From an uncultured Thermoplasmata archaeon (GTDB taxonomy: Archaea; Thermoplasmatota; DTKX01; GCA-020343715), in NCBI GenBank assembly GCA_964353355.1, contig CAYGVT010000066.1, positions 9,989-73,988 of the forward strand: a stretch of DNA of 64,000 nt. The letters are read 5' to 3'. The notes beneath the pieces were generated by a model, which had not been told where the DNA came from, searched no databases, and was given only the letters and a program-made list of their open reading frames with translations. The position numbers were made by a program, and so were the translations under genes. Positions 25,721 to 36,309 of the stretch are shown here, piece by piece (the first letter of the stretch is position 1; each line of letters begins with the position of its first letter).

Positions 25721-27889
25721 ATGGCAGAGGAGTACTCCGAGGAGAGCCTGAAGGAGCTGTGGAGCTCCTTCTTCAAGGAGCACGGCTACGTGCCGCCGCT
25801 GCTCGACATCGCGGCGCGCTACCCCGAGGTCCGCTCGCTCGAGGTCACCTACCCCGACATCTCGCGGTTCAACATCGCGCTCGCGGACCACCTCCTCGAG
25901 CAGCCGCTTGCCGCGCTCGCGGCGGCCGAGAAGGCCTCGCAGCAGCTGATGCCCCCCACCGCGCGGGCGCCCGTGCACATCCGCGTGTCGCAGCTGCCCA
26001 AGGACCCCGAGTACGGCCGCATCGGCATCCGCGACCTGCGCAGCAAGCACCTCGGCCGCCTCATCGCCGTCGAGGGGCTGGTGCGCAAGTCCACCGAGGT
26101 GCGGCCGAGGCTGAAGCTCGCGGTGTACCAGTGCCTGCGGTGCGGGGCCATCCACCACCTCGAGCAGGACTCGCTCGTGCTCAAGGAGCCGCTCGAGTGC
26201 TTCAAGGAGGGCGGCGGCTGCGGCCGGGCGGCCACGTCGACCAAGTTCAGGCTCATCACCAACTACGCGTCCCTCCCGGACCCGTTCGCGACCGCCTACC
26301 AGGGCAAGGCGCTGGACTTCTCCGAGTTCGTCGACACCCAGAAGATCGAGATACAGGAGAGCCCCGAGGGCCTCCGGGGCGGTGACCAGCCCCAGCGGCT
26401 CGTCGCCTACACCCAAGACGACCTCGCCGGCATCCTCTCGCCGGGGGACCGCATCGTCATCAACGGCGTGCTCCGCGAGACCCCCAAGGGCCAGGGCGCG
26501 CAGAAGTCGACGCTGTTCGACATCTTCATGGACGTGGTGTCCATCGAGAAGGAGAAGCGCGACTTCGAGTCCATCGTCATAACCGAGGAGGACGAGCTGC
26601 GCATCAAGGAGACCTCGCACGACGTCGCGCTCATGGACAAGTTCACGACCTCCATCGCCCCCACCATCTACGGCCTGGAGCGCGAGAAGGAGGCGCTGTC
26701 GCTGCAGCTCTTCGGCGGGGTCGCCAAGGTCCTGCCCGACGGCACGCGCATCCGAGGCGACATCCACATAATGCTCGTGGGCGACCCGGGCACGGCCAAG
26801 TCCCAGCTGCTGCGGTACATGACGGCCCTCGCGCCAAGGGCCATCTACACGTCCGGCAAGGCCACGACGGCGGCTGGACTCACCGCGGCCGCGGTGCGCG
26901 ACGAGTTCGGCGAGGGCCGCTGGACGCTCGAGGCGGGCGCGCTCGTGCTCGCGGACAAGGGCCTGTGCGCCATCGACGAGCTCGACAAGATGAACGAGCA
27001 GGACCGCGGCGCGATGCACGAGGCGATGGAGCAGCAGAGCATCTCCGTCGCCAAGGCGGGCATCACGGCCACGCTCCAGTCCCGGTGCGCCATCCTGGGC
27101 GCGGCCAACCCCAAGCTGGGGCGGTTCCACGAGCACGCGCTCATGGTCGAGCAGATAGACCTGCCGCCCGCCCTGTTCTCCAGGTTCGACATCATCTTCT
27201 CCCTCATCGACAAGCCGGACTCGGCCTGGGACGCCAGGCTCGCCGACCACATCCTCAAGGTCCACCGCGTCGGGGAGATAAGCCGCCTCAAGGAGCACCT
27301 GGACGGCCTCCCCCTGCCCGAGGGCATGGAGGAGGAGTCGACGGACGCCGTCATGCCCGCCTTCGAGCCCGAGTTCGTGCGCAAGTACGTGGCCTACGCC
27401 AAGAACAACGTCTTCCCCGTGCTCACGCGGGAGGCGACGGCGGCCATCCGCGAGTACTACATCCGCATCCGCAAGCAGGGCGAGGGCGAGGAGGCCTCTG
27501 TGCCCCTCACCGCGAGGCAGCTCGAGGCGTTCGTCCGTCTCGCGGAGGCCGCGGCCAGGGCGCGGCTCTCCGAGACGGTCGAGCGCGAGGACGCCGATCG
27601 CGGGATCCGCATCGTCGACTACTGGCTCAAGAAGATAATGGGCGGCGAGAAGTTCGACATCGATGTCATCGCCACCGGCATCAGCCACTCCCAGCGCGAG
27701 CGCATGCGCATCCTGCTGGACATCATCGAGAAGCTCACCAAGGGCGGCCGCGGCGCGCTCGAGGACGACGTGCTCGCGGACGCTGAGGGCTTCAACATCG
27801 ACCGCACGCAGGCCAAGGACGTCCTCAAGCGCCTGGTCTCGGACGGCCGCGTCTACCAGCCCACGGTGGGCACCTACAGGATGGTCTGA
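25721..27889 (+). CDS. mcm: MCM replicative helicase (archaeal, full domain set)
   Basis: 722 aa. N-terminal domain with C4 zinc finger (CLRCG...C..GGGC). Walker A GDPGTAKSQ, Walker B CAIDELDKM, sensor/arginine finger SRFDIIF, C-terminal winged helix. Confidence 0.95.
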   Translation: MAEEYSEESLKELWSSFFKEHGYVPPLLDIAARYPEVRSLEVTYPDISRFNIALADHLLEQPLAALAAAEKASQQLMPPTARAPVHIRVSQLPKDPEYGRIGIRDLRSKHLGRLIAVEGLVRKSTEVRPRLKLAVYQCLRCGAIHHLEQDSLVLKEPLECFKEGGGCGRAATSTKFRLITNYASLPDPFATAYQGKALDFSEFVDTQKIEIQESPEGLRGGDQPQRLVAYTQDDLAGILSPGDRIVINGVLRETPKGQGAQKSTLFDIFMDVVSIEKEKRDFESIVITEEDELRIKETSHDVALMDKFTTSIAPTIYGLEREKEALSLQLFGGVAKVLPDGTRIRGDIHIMLVGDPGTAKSQLLRYMTALAPRAIYTSGKATTAAGLTAAAVRDEFGEGRWTLEAGALVLADKGLCAIDELDKMNEQDRGAMHEAMEQQSISVAKAGITATLQSRCAILGAANPKLGRFHEHALMVEQIDLPPALFSRFDIIFSLIDKPDSAWDARLADHILKVHRVGEISRLKEHLDGLPLPEGMEEESTDAVMPAFEPEFVRKYVAYAKNNVFPVLTREATAAIREYYIRIRKQGEGEEASVPLTARQLEAFVRLAEAAARARLSETVEREDADRGIRIVDYWLKKIMGGEKFDIDVIATGISHSQRERMRILLDIIEKLTKGGRGALEDDVLADAEGFNIDRTQAKDVLKRLVSDGRVYQPTVGTYRMV

Positions 27890-27984
27890 GAGGCCCTGTT
27901 GTTCGCCGCCATGCGAACCTCCTGCGAATCTATAAAAACCCACGGGTGGCTAGCATGGGTGCCAGCATACCCGAGGGTGCCCAC

Positions 27985-28284
27985 ATGATCTACGTGAAGG
28001 TCCACAAGCGGGGCGGCCATGTGTGCGCGGCCGCGTGCGACGAGAAGCTGCTGGGGGCGACGCTCGAGGACGGGCCCTACTGCGTCATGGTCAAGGAGTC
28101 CTTCTTCAAGGGCGAGCTCGTCGATGACCACGACGAGGAGACGCAGGCCGTGTTCAGGCGCGCGAGCTCGCTCAACCTGTTCGGCGAGCATGCGGTCGCG
28201 CTCGGCGTGCGGGCGGGTTGCATCGACGAGGCGACCGTCGTGCGCATCAAGGGAGTGCCGCACGCGCAGATGTTCATTGTATAG
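27985..28284 (+). CDS. DUF424-family archaeal protein
   Basis: The MIYVKVHKRGGHVCAAACDEKLLG N-terminus is typical of DUF424. The ORF extends to 27946. Confidence 0.55.
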   Translation: MIYVKVHKRGGHVCAAACDEKLLGATLEDGPYCVMVKESFFKGELVDDHDEETQAVFRRASSLNLFGEHAVALGVRAGCIDEATVVRIKGVPHAQMFIV

Positions 28285-28398
28285 CGTGCCGGGCGGTGGG
28301 CCATCCGGGCGATGCTGGCGCCCTTTTTCACACCTCTGGAAATCTTGCGCAAACGGTTATGTAGTACTGCCACCTTCTACATTCCTGGAGGGCTACTG

Positions 28399-29256
<858 letters not shown>

Positions 29257-29344
29257 CCCCCCCGCCCCCCCCGTGCCACGGGTGGTCCAGCATGCTACGT
29301 GGATGCCCCCAGGGACTTTTACCAGGCGACCCGCACGAAGGCGT

Positions 29345-29358
29345 CGGTTTTATATAGT
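29345..29358 (+). promoter_or_regulatory. strong TATA box (ggttttatatagta) with purine-rich BRE-like upstream sequence
   Basis: TTTATATA consensus about 75 nt upstream of ATG 29431. An AAAGGAAG SD-like element lies 8 nt before the ATG. Confidence 0.45.
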
Positions 29359-29430
29359 AGAACCTTGTTGCCTATCCGAAGGGCCTTCCCAAGAGGGTTG
29401 GACCTTCTAAGAACCTAAAGGAAGTATAGC

Positions 29431-29616
29431 ATGCAGCAAGAGCGTGGATACGACAGGAGGGGAGGCCGGGACTTCGACCGCCCGCCCCGTGAGCAGCACA
29501 AGATAACCTGCGCGGATTGTGGCAAGGAAGACACGGTCCCGTTCAAGCCTGACGGCAACAGGCCAGTCTACTGCCGCGAGTGCTTCTCCAAGCACCGCCC
29601 CCCAAGGCGGTTCTAG
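29431..29616 (+). CDS. small treble-clef zinc-ribbon (zf-trcl-like) protein with RGG/RD-rich N-terminus
   Basis: ITCADCGKEDTVPFKPDGNRPVYCRECFSKHR has the CxxC-x17-CxxC spacing. 61 aa. Confidence 0.6.
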   Translation: MQQERGYDRRGGRDFDRPPREQHKITCADCGKEDTVPFKPDGNRPVYCRECFSKHRPPRRF

Positions 29617-29758
29617 ACCTACGAACGCAATGGGGGCGGCGAACCGCTGCCCCCGACGACCGCGGTCGGTGCGTCAAGCACCTCCGCGGCCGATCCATTT
29701 TTTTCCCTTTACCAGCCAGCCATGGCCATGCCCTGCGGCGTGGCCGCCGGCTCCCCCG

Positions 29759-31336
29759 CTAGCCCCATCCGTACGGGTAGACGTGGTGCGCGTGCACGGG
29801 GTGGAAGGCGTAATCCCTGACCGCGAAGCGATGCAGCGATAGCTCGTGGAATGCCAGCAGCCCCACAACCATCGCGGCGGCCGTCGCGGCCGTCAGGCCC
29901 ACGATGGCCATCGACGACGGGACGGCGGGCATCGCGCGAGGACCGAGGAGCGGCCTCGTGGGCTGTCCCGGGGCAGGCGGGGCCTCCCTCTTCACCGCGG
30001 CCTGGACCGATGACTGCATGAGCATCTTGACGCCCAGGCTGAGGTTCTCGGCCCCGCCCAGGGAGAGCTTGTGCGCCATGATGGCGGCGGCCGCGAGGCG
30101 CACGTTGTCCATGGCCTCCTCGACGCCGTAGGGCAGCATCGCCACCATCGCCGAGGTGACCCCCATCCCCCCGCCGTTGAACCGGCCGAGGGCGGCCATC
30201 GCCGCGTTGTAGCGCTCGACCGTGGCCGCCACGTCCTGCTGCGAGACCGCCATGAGCGCGGCCGCGACGGTGACGTCGACCGCAGCTGCCGAGGATGTGT
30301 ATATGCCATCCCGCAGAGAGGTGAAGTTCCCGAGGAGGGCGGGGCTTGCGCCCGTCCGCTCGGCGCAGGCGAGCAGCGCGCCCGCGCTCGGCCAGCCCGG
30401 GCAGTAGGCCTCCGTGAGCTCGACCGTCCTCTGGACCAGCGTCGAGGCCTCCACCCCGCCCATGAGCAGGATGGCGGCCGCCCTGACCTGGTCCTCCCTG
30501 ACGTAGTTGGCCGCCCAGGGCCGGGACAGGAGCCCCCGCGCGAAGGCGACCAACCTGGCCAGGTCCGCCTCGTCCCTGGCGGCCAGCACGGCCGTCTCGG
30601 CCACGGTGATGAGCGCGGTCTCCTTGACCGCGGACGTGCCCGAGAGCTCGCCGTAGGCCCTCGTGAAGAGGCGTGCGGCCTCCTCTGGCGTGCCCTCCCT
30701 GCCCGCGAGCCCGACGGATGCGAGCCTCAGGTGTATCTCGTCCGTTGACCTGTTGGCGGGTGAGATGGCCTTGAGGATGGTCTGCGCGCGTGCCGCGCGC
30801 GAGTCGAAGTGCGCCCGGACGGCGTCCACCTCCTCCACGAACGCCCTGATGTCGGTCGCCCAGAGCCTCGACGCGCGCTGCTCGAGCGTCTGCAGCGCCT
30901 CATGGCCCCTGTAACTGACGTGGAAGGGACGGCCGTTGAGCGCGCCGGCCCCGCGCCGCTCCGTGGCGTCCTGGACGAGCCCCAGGTAGCGGGTCCTGAT
31001 GGCCCTCAGGTCCCGCTCTGTCTCCTCCAGCCTGTCCTGCGCCTTCCTGTAGGCCGGCTGTTGCCGGTAGAGGGCACCAGGGGAGCCGCTCGCGCCAGTC
31101 GCGAACGCCTCGAGCTGCGCGCGCAGCGTCTCCTGCTCCGACACGAGGGCCGACATGTGCTGGCGGATGGCTTCCAGGTCCTCGCCGGATGCCGCGGCGC
31201 CACCCCCGCCCGCGACGGGCGTGGGCGCGACCAGCCCCAGCGAGAGCAGCTCCGAGACGGTCTCCGGGTCGGCCTTGACGTCCGCTCCTGCTGCGAGGGC
31301 CTTCAGTACGTCCCTCGCCTCGACGCTCTTGCTCAT
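29759..31336 (-). CDS. hypothetical tail-anchored membrane protein (N-terminal coiled coil, Ala-rich repeats, C-terminal TM plus His-rich tail)
   Basis: 525 aa from the ATG at 31336. A GGAGGGTGG SD lies 5 nt upstream. The start overlaps the upstream gene's stop (ATGA). TM helix IVGLTAATAAAMVVGLLAF. Confidence 0.55.
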   Translation of the reverse strand: MSKSVEARDVLKALAAGADVKADPETVSELLSLGLVAPTPVAGGGGAAASGEDLEAIRQHMSALVSEQETLRAQLEAFATGASGSPGALYRQQPAYRKAQDRLEETERDLRAIRTRYLGLVQDATERRGAGALNGRPFHVSYRGHEALQTLEQRASRLWATDIRAFVEEVDAVRAHFDSRAARAQTILKAISPANRSTDEIHLRLASVGLAGREGTPEEAARLFTRAYGELSGTSAVKETALITVAETAVLAARDEADLARLVAFARGLLSRPWAANYVREDQVRAAAILLMGGVEASTLVQRTVELTEAYCPGWPSAGALLACAERTGASPALLGNFTSLRDGIYTSSAAAVDVTVAAALMAVSQQDVAATVERYNAAMAALGRFNGGGMGVTSAMVAMLPYGVEEAMDNVRLAAAAIMAHKLSLGGAENLSLGVKMLMQSSVQAAVKREAPPAPGQPTRPLLGPRAMPAVPSSMAIVGLTAATAAAMVVGLLAFHELSLHRFAVRDYAFHPVHAHHVYPYGWG

Positions 31337-32451
31337 GTTCCACCCTCCTCGAAGTCCAGCATCCTGAGCCTCAGCTCCGGCGCATGCCCCTCGTGGGGCA
31401 GGAGCGCCAGGTCCATGTGCGTACCGCATCCCTCGACCGCGACGTAGGGGTCGCGCTCGAGCGCGAGCTGCAGCCGCGCGCCCAGGTCGCGCCTCCGCTC
31501 CTCGCGCCCCCGCGTGGCACCGGCCATCCGCTCGCGCTCCCGCAGCAGGCGGTCGGCGCCGTAGAGGTACTCGTAGAGGTTCCTCTCGAACTGCCTGCGC
31601 ATGCGCGCGAGCACCTCGTCGTCGTCGCGCATGACGACCCACTCGAGCCCCTCGATGTCGGCGAAGAAGAGCGTCCCGTCGGGCGCGAGCACCGAATCTT
31701 TGTCCAGCCACACGTCCGCGTAGTCGAGCGCGGCCACGCCGCGGCCCTCGACCTCCTCGACCGTCCGCGGTACGAGGGTGAGCGCGGCCATGCCGGACCT
31801 GAGGTAGCAATCGATGAACGCGTCGAGCCCCTGCTCGTCCTCCACCCCGAAGGCCGAGAGGACGGGGCGCGTCCGCCTCCCGAGCGTGGACTCGGACTGG
31901 TAGAACAGGCGCACGTCCGAGGGCAGCAGCCGGACCTCCTGGTAGTAGGGCTCGCCGCCGTCGAGGCGGCGGTACCACCACTGCGCCATCGCGCGCTCCA
32001 TCAGCCACTGCGGCAGGGGCGTCGCCCGTGCCATCGGGCAGATGTGGAGGCCGCGGATGCCCTCCTGTCCCGTGAGGGCGGTCAAGGCCGCGTCCTCCTC
32101 GCAGACGCTGCGCCCCATCGCGCCCCACGGGCTCTCGCCGAACCAGGACTCGGAGGTGAACAGGGCCCCCCTGGCGGCGGGGGGCGCTCCCAGCCCGGCC
32201 GGGTCGTCATCGTACATGGGGGCGCGGGCCCCCACGCCCTTGACGCTCACCAGCCACCGCCTGCCCCACAGCTCGACCTGGGCATCCTCCAGGATCGTCG
32301 CGCGGTTGCCCTCGGGGATGGCGCGGACCGCCCTGGTCCCGGTGGTGGGGGCCACGCCCTCGGGGAGCAGGACCGCGCCCTCGAGGGACGTGCGCACGCG
32401 TTCCATGTTGCGGGGGACGATGGGCTCGCCGTCCGTGGGGACGACCAGCAT
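31333..32451 (-). CDS. hypothetical cytoplasmic protein
   Basis: ORF with high GC3 and operonic overlap with the neighbours. An alternative GTG start at 32505 overlaps the GNAT stop (GTGA). Confidence 0.5.
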   Translation of the reverse strand: MLVVPTDGEPIVPRNMERVRTSLEGAVLLPEGVAPTTGTRAVRAIPEGNRATILEDAQVELWGRRWLVSVKGVGARAPMYDDDPAGLGAPPAARGALFTSESWFGESPWGAMGRSVCEEDAALTALTGQEGIRGLHICPMARATPLPQWLMERAMAQWWYRRLDGGEPYYQEVRLLPSDVRLFYQSESTLGRRTRPVLSAFGVEDEQGLDAFIDCYLRSGMAALTLVPRTVEEVEGRGVAALDYADVWLDKDSVLAPDGTLFFADIEGLEWVVMRDDDEVLARMRRQFERNLYEYLYGADRLLRERERMAGATRGREERRRDLGARLQLALERDPYVAVEGCGTHMDLALLPHEGHAPELRLRMLDFEEGGT

Positions 32452-32501
32452 TCGCTCGCGCTCGCGCCCGAGCGCGACGGGGCCCGTCGGGAACGTCGCG
32501 C

Positions 32502-34202
32502 TCACCTCCTCACGATGTTCTTCTTGATGCGCTTCTTGCGGACGGTCTCGACGTACATCTTGCCCACTGGCTGGAACCCGCTGAGCGTCGATATCCTGAT
32601 GGACGCCAGGTTCCAGTCGGCTATCTCGTCCACCACATCGACGACGCCCATGAGGCGCATCGCGTGCAGCCGCGCCCGGTGCAGCTGCTTGGCGAGCCCC
32701 CGGCCACGGTAGGCGGGGTCGACAGCGAGCGAGTGGAGCCTCCCGTGCGTCCCGCACACGCACGCGAACCCGAAGCCGACGATGCGGCCGTCGACGACAG
32801 CGACGTAGCCCAGGTCGCCGGTGCCGTGGCACGCCCTGACCCATTTGCGGGCCTTGGCCTTGTAGACCCGCTTGGCCAGGTCCACGACGGCGCCCATGTC
32901 CGCCTCCGTCATGGGCCTCACGACAGACGCGTCGTAGGTCACGTCGGGGATGCCGTCGAGCCGGTAGACGTTCTGGGTCTCGAAGACGTTGTACACCGCG
33001 TTGCTACCGTACATGTGCCGCGTCTCGGAGAAGAAGTCCTTTGCCCTGATGAAGCGCCTGAGGAGCTCGTTGACCTGCATGTCCCTGCACAGCACCGTCC
33101 CTATGCGCCCCTCCCTGTTGTAGAAGGCGATGCCGGCGAGCTCCCTCGTGGACTGGTCGATGGCCACCGCCACGCGGTCGCGCCCCCGCAGGCTCTTCTC
33201 GACCCAGTGCTCGAGGAACGGGCCGAACTGCTCGGTCGCGGCGTTCCGGAGCCGGGGCAGGTCCCTCGCCCTCCAGACCCTCCGCAACTTGTAGTCCCTC
33301 TCCCCGCCCATGGCGGGGCCCTGGGTACCGGTAGGCTGCATGAAGACCGGGATGGTCTTCGCGACCCACCGTACCCTGTGGACGACGTAGCCGATGCCGA
33401 GCAGAACGAGGGCGATGATGATGAGGTTCCTCGCGTAGACGGACGCGAGCGTGCCCCAGGCGACCTCGACATCGTAGCTGGACTCGACCACGTCGATCTT
33501 GATGTGGCTGTCGAACTCGGCGTAGAGCCCCTCGAACGTGCCAGTGTCGTGCTCGATGTAGCGCTCGGCGAAGAACATGCCCGTGCGCCTGTCGAAGTAG
33601 AGCCGGTCGACGTAGGTGTAGAGGAGGTCCCCGTACTCCTCGTCGGCCGTGCCGGCGCCCTTGACGACGACCTCGATGGCGCGGCGGGGCACCCACCGGC
33701 TCCAGATGACCGCGTCCGTGTCGGTGACGGTGCCATTCATGTCCAGTATCTGCACCTGCTGGCCCTCCCTGACGGTTGGCGGGACCCAGAACCACACCGC
33801 GAGCGACGCGGGCGGCATGCCCGCGAGAGGCTCGTCGTCGAGGTCGATCTCGGTCGAGGTGTAGCGCCTGCTCGTCAGGTTGAACGAGAAGTCCAAGTCG
33901 ACGCGCGCGGAGTCGTCCTCGTAGTCGTCGTTGGTGTACTCCCACGTGTATCGGGCGTTGAGGAGAGCCTCGTTGGCCAGCCAAGCCTTGACCTCGTACC
34001 GGCCCTCGCCCTTGGTCGATTCCGTCCAGCCCGAGTACTCGCCGGCGCCGTCGTCGATCTTCTGCTTGTACTTGTACTCGAAGTACGTGCCCGCCTTCGG
34101 CTCCTCGGCCGCCCACGCCGGGGGCATGAGCCCCACCGCAAGCATGAACACGACGACGGCGATGGCACAGATGGCAGCCTTGCTTCCACCGAATCCGAGC
34201 AT
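32502..34202 (-). CDS. membrane-anchored protein: signal/TM, extracytoplasmic domain, TM helix and cytoplasmic GNAT N-acetyltransferase domain
   Basis: C-terminal GNAT motif A RGRGLAKQLHRARLHAM and GFGFACVCGTHGRLHSLAV. TM helix LIIIALVLLGIGYVV. N-terminal signal AICAIAVVVFMLAVGLMPPAWA. Confidence 0.62.
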   Translation of the reverse strand: MLGFGGSKAAICAIAVVVFMLAVGLMPPAWAAEEPKAGTYFEYKYKQKIDDGAGEYSGWTESTKGEGRYEVKAWLANEALLNARYTWEYTNDDYEDDSARVDLDFSFNLTSRRYTSTEIDLDDEPLAGMPPASLAVWFWVPPTVREGQQVQILDMNGTVTDTDAVIWSRWVPRRAIEVVVKGAGTADEEYGDLLYTYVDRLYFDRRTGMFFAERYIEHDTGTFEGLYAEFDSHIKIDVVESSYDVEVAWGTLASVYARNLIIIALVLLGIGYVVHRVRWVAKTIPVFMQPTGTQGPAMGGERDYKLRRVWRARDLPRLRNAATEQFGPFLEHWVEKSLRGRDRVAVAIDQSTRELAGIAFYNREGRIGTVLCRDMQVNELLRRFIRAKDFFSETRHMYGSNAVYNVFETQNVYRLDGIPDVTYDASVVRPMTEADMGAVVDLAKRVYKAKARKWVRACHGTGDLGYVAVVDGRIVGFGFACVCGTHGRLHSLAVDPAYRGRGLAKQLHRARLHAMRLMGVVDVVDEIADWNLASIRISTLSGFQPVGKMYVETVRKKRIKKNIVRR

Positions 34203-34440
34203 CCCAGGGCGCGCGCTGCGTGCCCGCAACAAACGGACCCCAACCAGCATCGTGTACGAATAGATGCGTTCTAGCTTAAGAGGTTTTCACTCGCGCGGAC
34301 CGCGAGGACGCGCGCGAGCCGCCGGCAAGGACATGTGGTCGGGCCGTCGCTTGCCTGCGCCCCATGGGACGACCCCTTGGCACGGAACGAAAACCTGTTA
34401 TACCCCCGGGCGCACTCCTCGGACGCACACGGGTGTCACC

Positions 34441-34647
34441 ATGCCCGAGCCCGCGCCCATACCGATGGACGTCGCCCACCGCCTCTGCCAGGAGGTCCGC
34501 GCGGAGAGGCCCGTGAGGCTCTTCAGCCAGTGCTGGGGGTGCCTCAAGGCCTCCAAGGGCGACCCGACCAAGATGTGCTTCCATCACCCGCCAGACCACC
34601 GGGGGTGCAGCTTTGTCAACCGCAGGCACGACGCCCCCCGCGGATGA
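34441..34647 (+). CDS. small Cys/His-rich hypothetical protein (68 aa)
   Basis: MPEPAPIPMDVAHRLCQEV...QCWGCLK...MCFHHPPDHRGC. GC3 about 90%, similar to bona fide genes. A TTATA element lies about 45 nt upstream. Confidence 0.4.
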   Translation: MPEPAPIPMDVAHRLCQEVRAERPVRLFSQCWGCLKASKGDPTKMCFHHPPDHRGCSFVNRRHDAPRG

Positions 34648-34734
34648 GGCGCCGATGCGACTGGGACCGGCCTGTCCAGGCCCAACCAACCCCAAAGTTT
34701 TAAGACCCTTGACGCCTTAAGAGCTGCCACTGGT

Positions 34735-36267
34735 GTGAGCGTGTCTTCCCGAGCGATATGCGCGCTGCTCGCGCTCCTGTTCCTCCTGACCCCCGTGACC
34801 GTGGTCATCGGCGGGAGCCCCGAGGATGGCGAACTCGCCCCGGCCGCGGCGCTCCAGACCGGCCCGGTCGGTCCAGTGCGCACGCCCTACTACGTCAGGT
34901 GCCAGTCCGGCAACAACGTGATGACCGGGGAGCTCTCGCCGCTCGCGGTCAACGAGAGCGCCATGGAGGCCACCATCGCCACGGCGGGGCCGACCTTCCC
35001 GAGGCGCACGCTGAGCATCGTGGGACGGTTCAGCATGACCGTCCAGAGCCCGATGGCGGTCACGAAGATCGACAAGGCCGTCGTCTGGGCGTCAGGCCGC
35101 GAGCCCACCCAGAGCGCGTACTTCCGCGTCATGTTCGAGCGCAACGGCGGCACCATCTCCACGATGAGCTCCGCACGCTCGACCCTTGACACCGCCCCCA
35201 AGGAGTTCGAGATGCAGGACCCGCCCACCTACGGCTCACCCGAGGTCTTCAGCGCGGGCGACCGCCTTGGCATCGAGATACAGTACTCGGCCGCGTCGCG
35301 CAGGTTCGTCGGCCCCGCCCCGGACGTCATCGTGCTCGCTAACTCCTTCGCCCACGCGACCCGCATCGAGCTCACGACCAGGCCCGTCGAGCTCAACGTC
35401 ACGGTCCCCTCTATCTCCAACGACGAGGTCCACTTCTCGACCCAGGTCCTGGACTCGGCCGGCATCTCGCCCGAGAAGGGGCTCAAGGTCACGACGACCA
35501 TCATCCCCAACACCGGCGCGACGGGCGACTTCAGGCCCTCGCACCTGAAGACCGTTTCCGTGAGCGAGGGCATGGTCAACGGCTACTCGGGCTTCATCAT
35601 CAACTATACCTGGTACTGGAAGAGGAGCAAGGCCACCGACGGGACCTACGAGTTCCTCTGCGACGTTTCCTACGGCGTCCCTGGCATCAACTACACCAAC
35701 GCCACCTTCTACGAGCTCAGGTTCCCGCCCAAGCCCATCCAGAAGCCCCTGCTCAGCAGGCAGACGGTGATCTACCTCACCTCCATCCTCGCCGTCGTGG
35801 TCGGCGGCTTCCTCGGGCTCATGGTCTGGCGCAGATGGTCCAGCTCCAGGTACCCCTATCGCCGGCCTGGGGGGCACCCCTCCAAGGCATGGCGCCCGGG
35901 CGCCAGGCGCGCGCCGCGGGAGCGGCCGCCCCCAAGGGTGCCCAGGGGCATGCGTCGCATGCCGTCCGAGGCCGTGGGCCCGCCCCCGGCGCAGCGCGCG
36001 CCGGTCCCGCAGGGCCGCCCGGCCAGGCCCGGTGCCCCGGCCGCTGCGGCCGCGCCTCGGCCGATGCGGCCCCAGGGGGGACCGCCGGGACCAGAGGGCC
36101 CGCCGCCCAAGCGCCGCATGCTCGGCCGCCGCGAGGCCCGGCCCCCGCCGCGGGGCGGGCCGCCACCCGACGGCAGGCGCATCCGGCCGATGCGCCCCGA
36201 CGGCGCGCGGCCGCCGCCCCCGCAGGGCACCCGACCGCCAGAGGCCAGGCGCCCGATGCGACGGTGA
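34735..36267 (+). CDS. type I membrane glycoprotein-like hypothetical protein with Pro/Arg-rich cytoplasmic tail
   Basis: Signal peptide ICALLALLFLLTPVTVVIGG. Sequons NESA, NVTV, NYTW, NYTNAT. TM helix VIYLTSILAVVVGGFLGLMVW followed by a 150-aa P/R/G-rich tail. Confidence 0.6.
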   Translation: MSVSSRAICALLALLFLLTPVTVVIGGSPEDGELAPAAALQTGPVGPVRTPYYVRCQSGNNVMTGELSPLAVNESAMEATIATAGPTFPRRTLSIVGRFSMTVQSPMAVTKIDKAVVWASGREPTQSAYFRVMFERNGGTISTMSSARSTLDTAPKEFEMQDPPTYGSPEVFSAGDRLGIEIQYSAASRRFVGPAPDVIVLANSFAHATRIELTTRPVELNVTVPSISNDEVHFSTQVLDSAGISPEKGLKVTTTIIPNTGATGDFRPSHLKTVSVSEGMVNGYSGFIINYTWYWKRSKATDGTYEFLCDVSYGVPGINYTNATFYELRFPPKPIQKPLLSRQTVIYLTSILAVVVGGFLGLMVWRRWSSSRYPYRRPGGHPSKAWRPGARRAPRERPPPRVPRGMRRMPSEAVGPPPAQRAPVPQGRPARPGAPAAAAAPRPMRPQGGPPGPEGPPPKRRMLGRREARPPPRGGPPPDGRRIRPMRPDGARPPPPQGTRPPEARRPMRR

Positions 36268-36309
36268 AGGCGACAGGTATTTGAACGCCCCATGTCCGTG
36301 CCACTCCGG

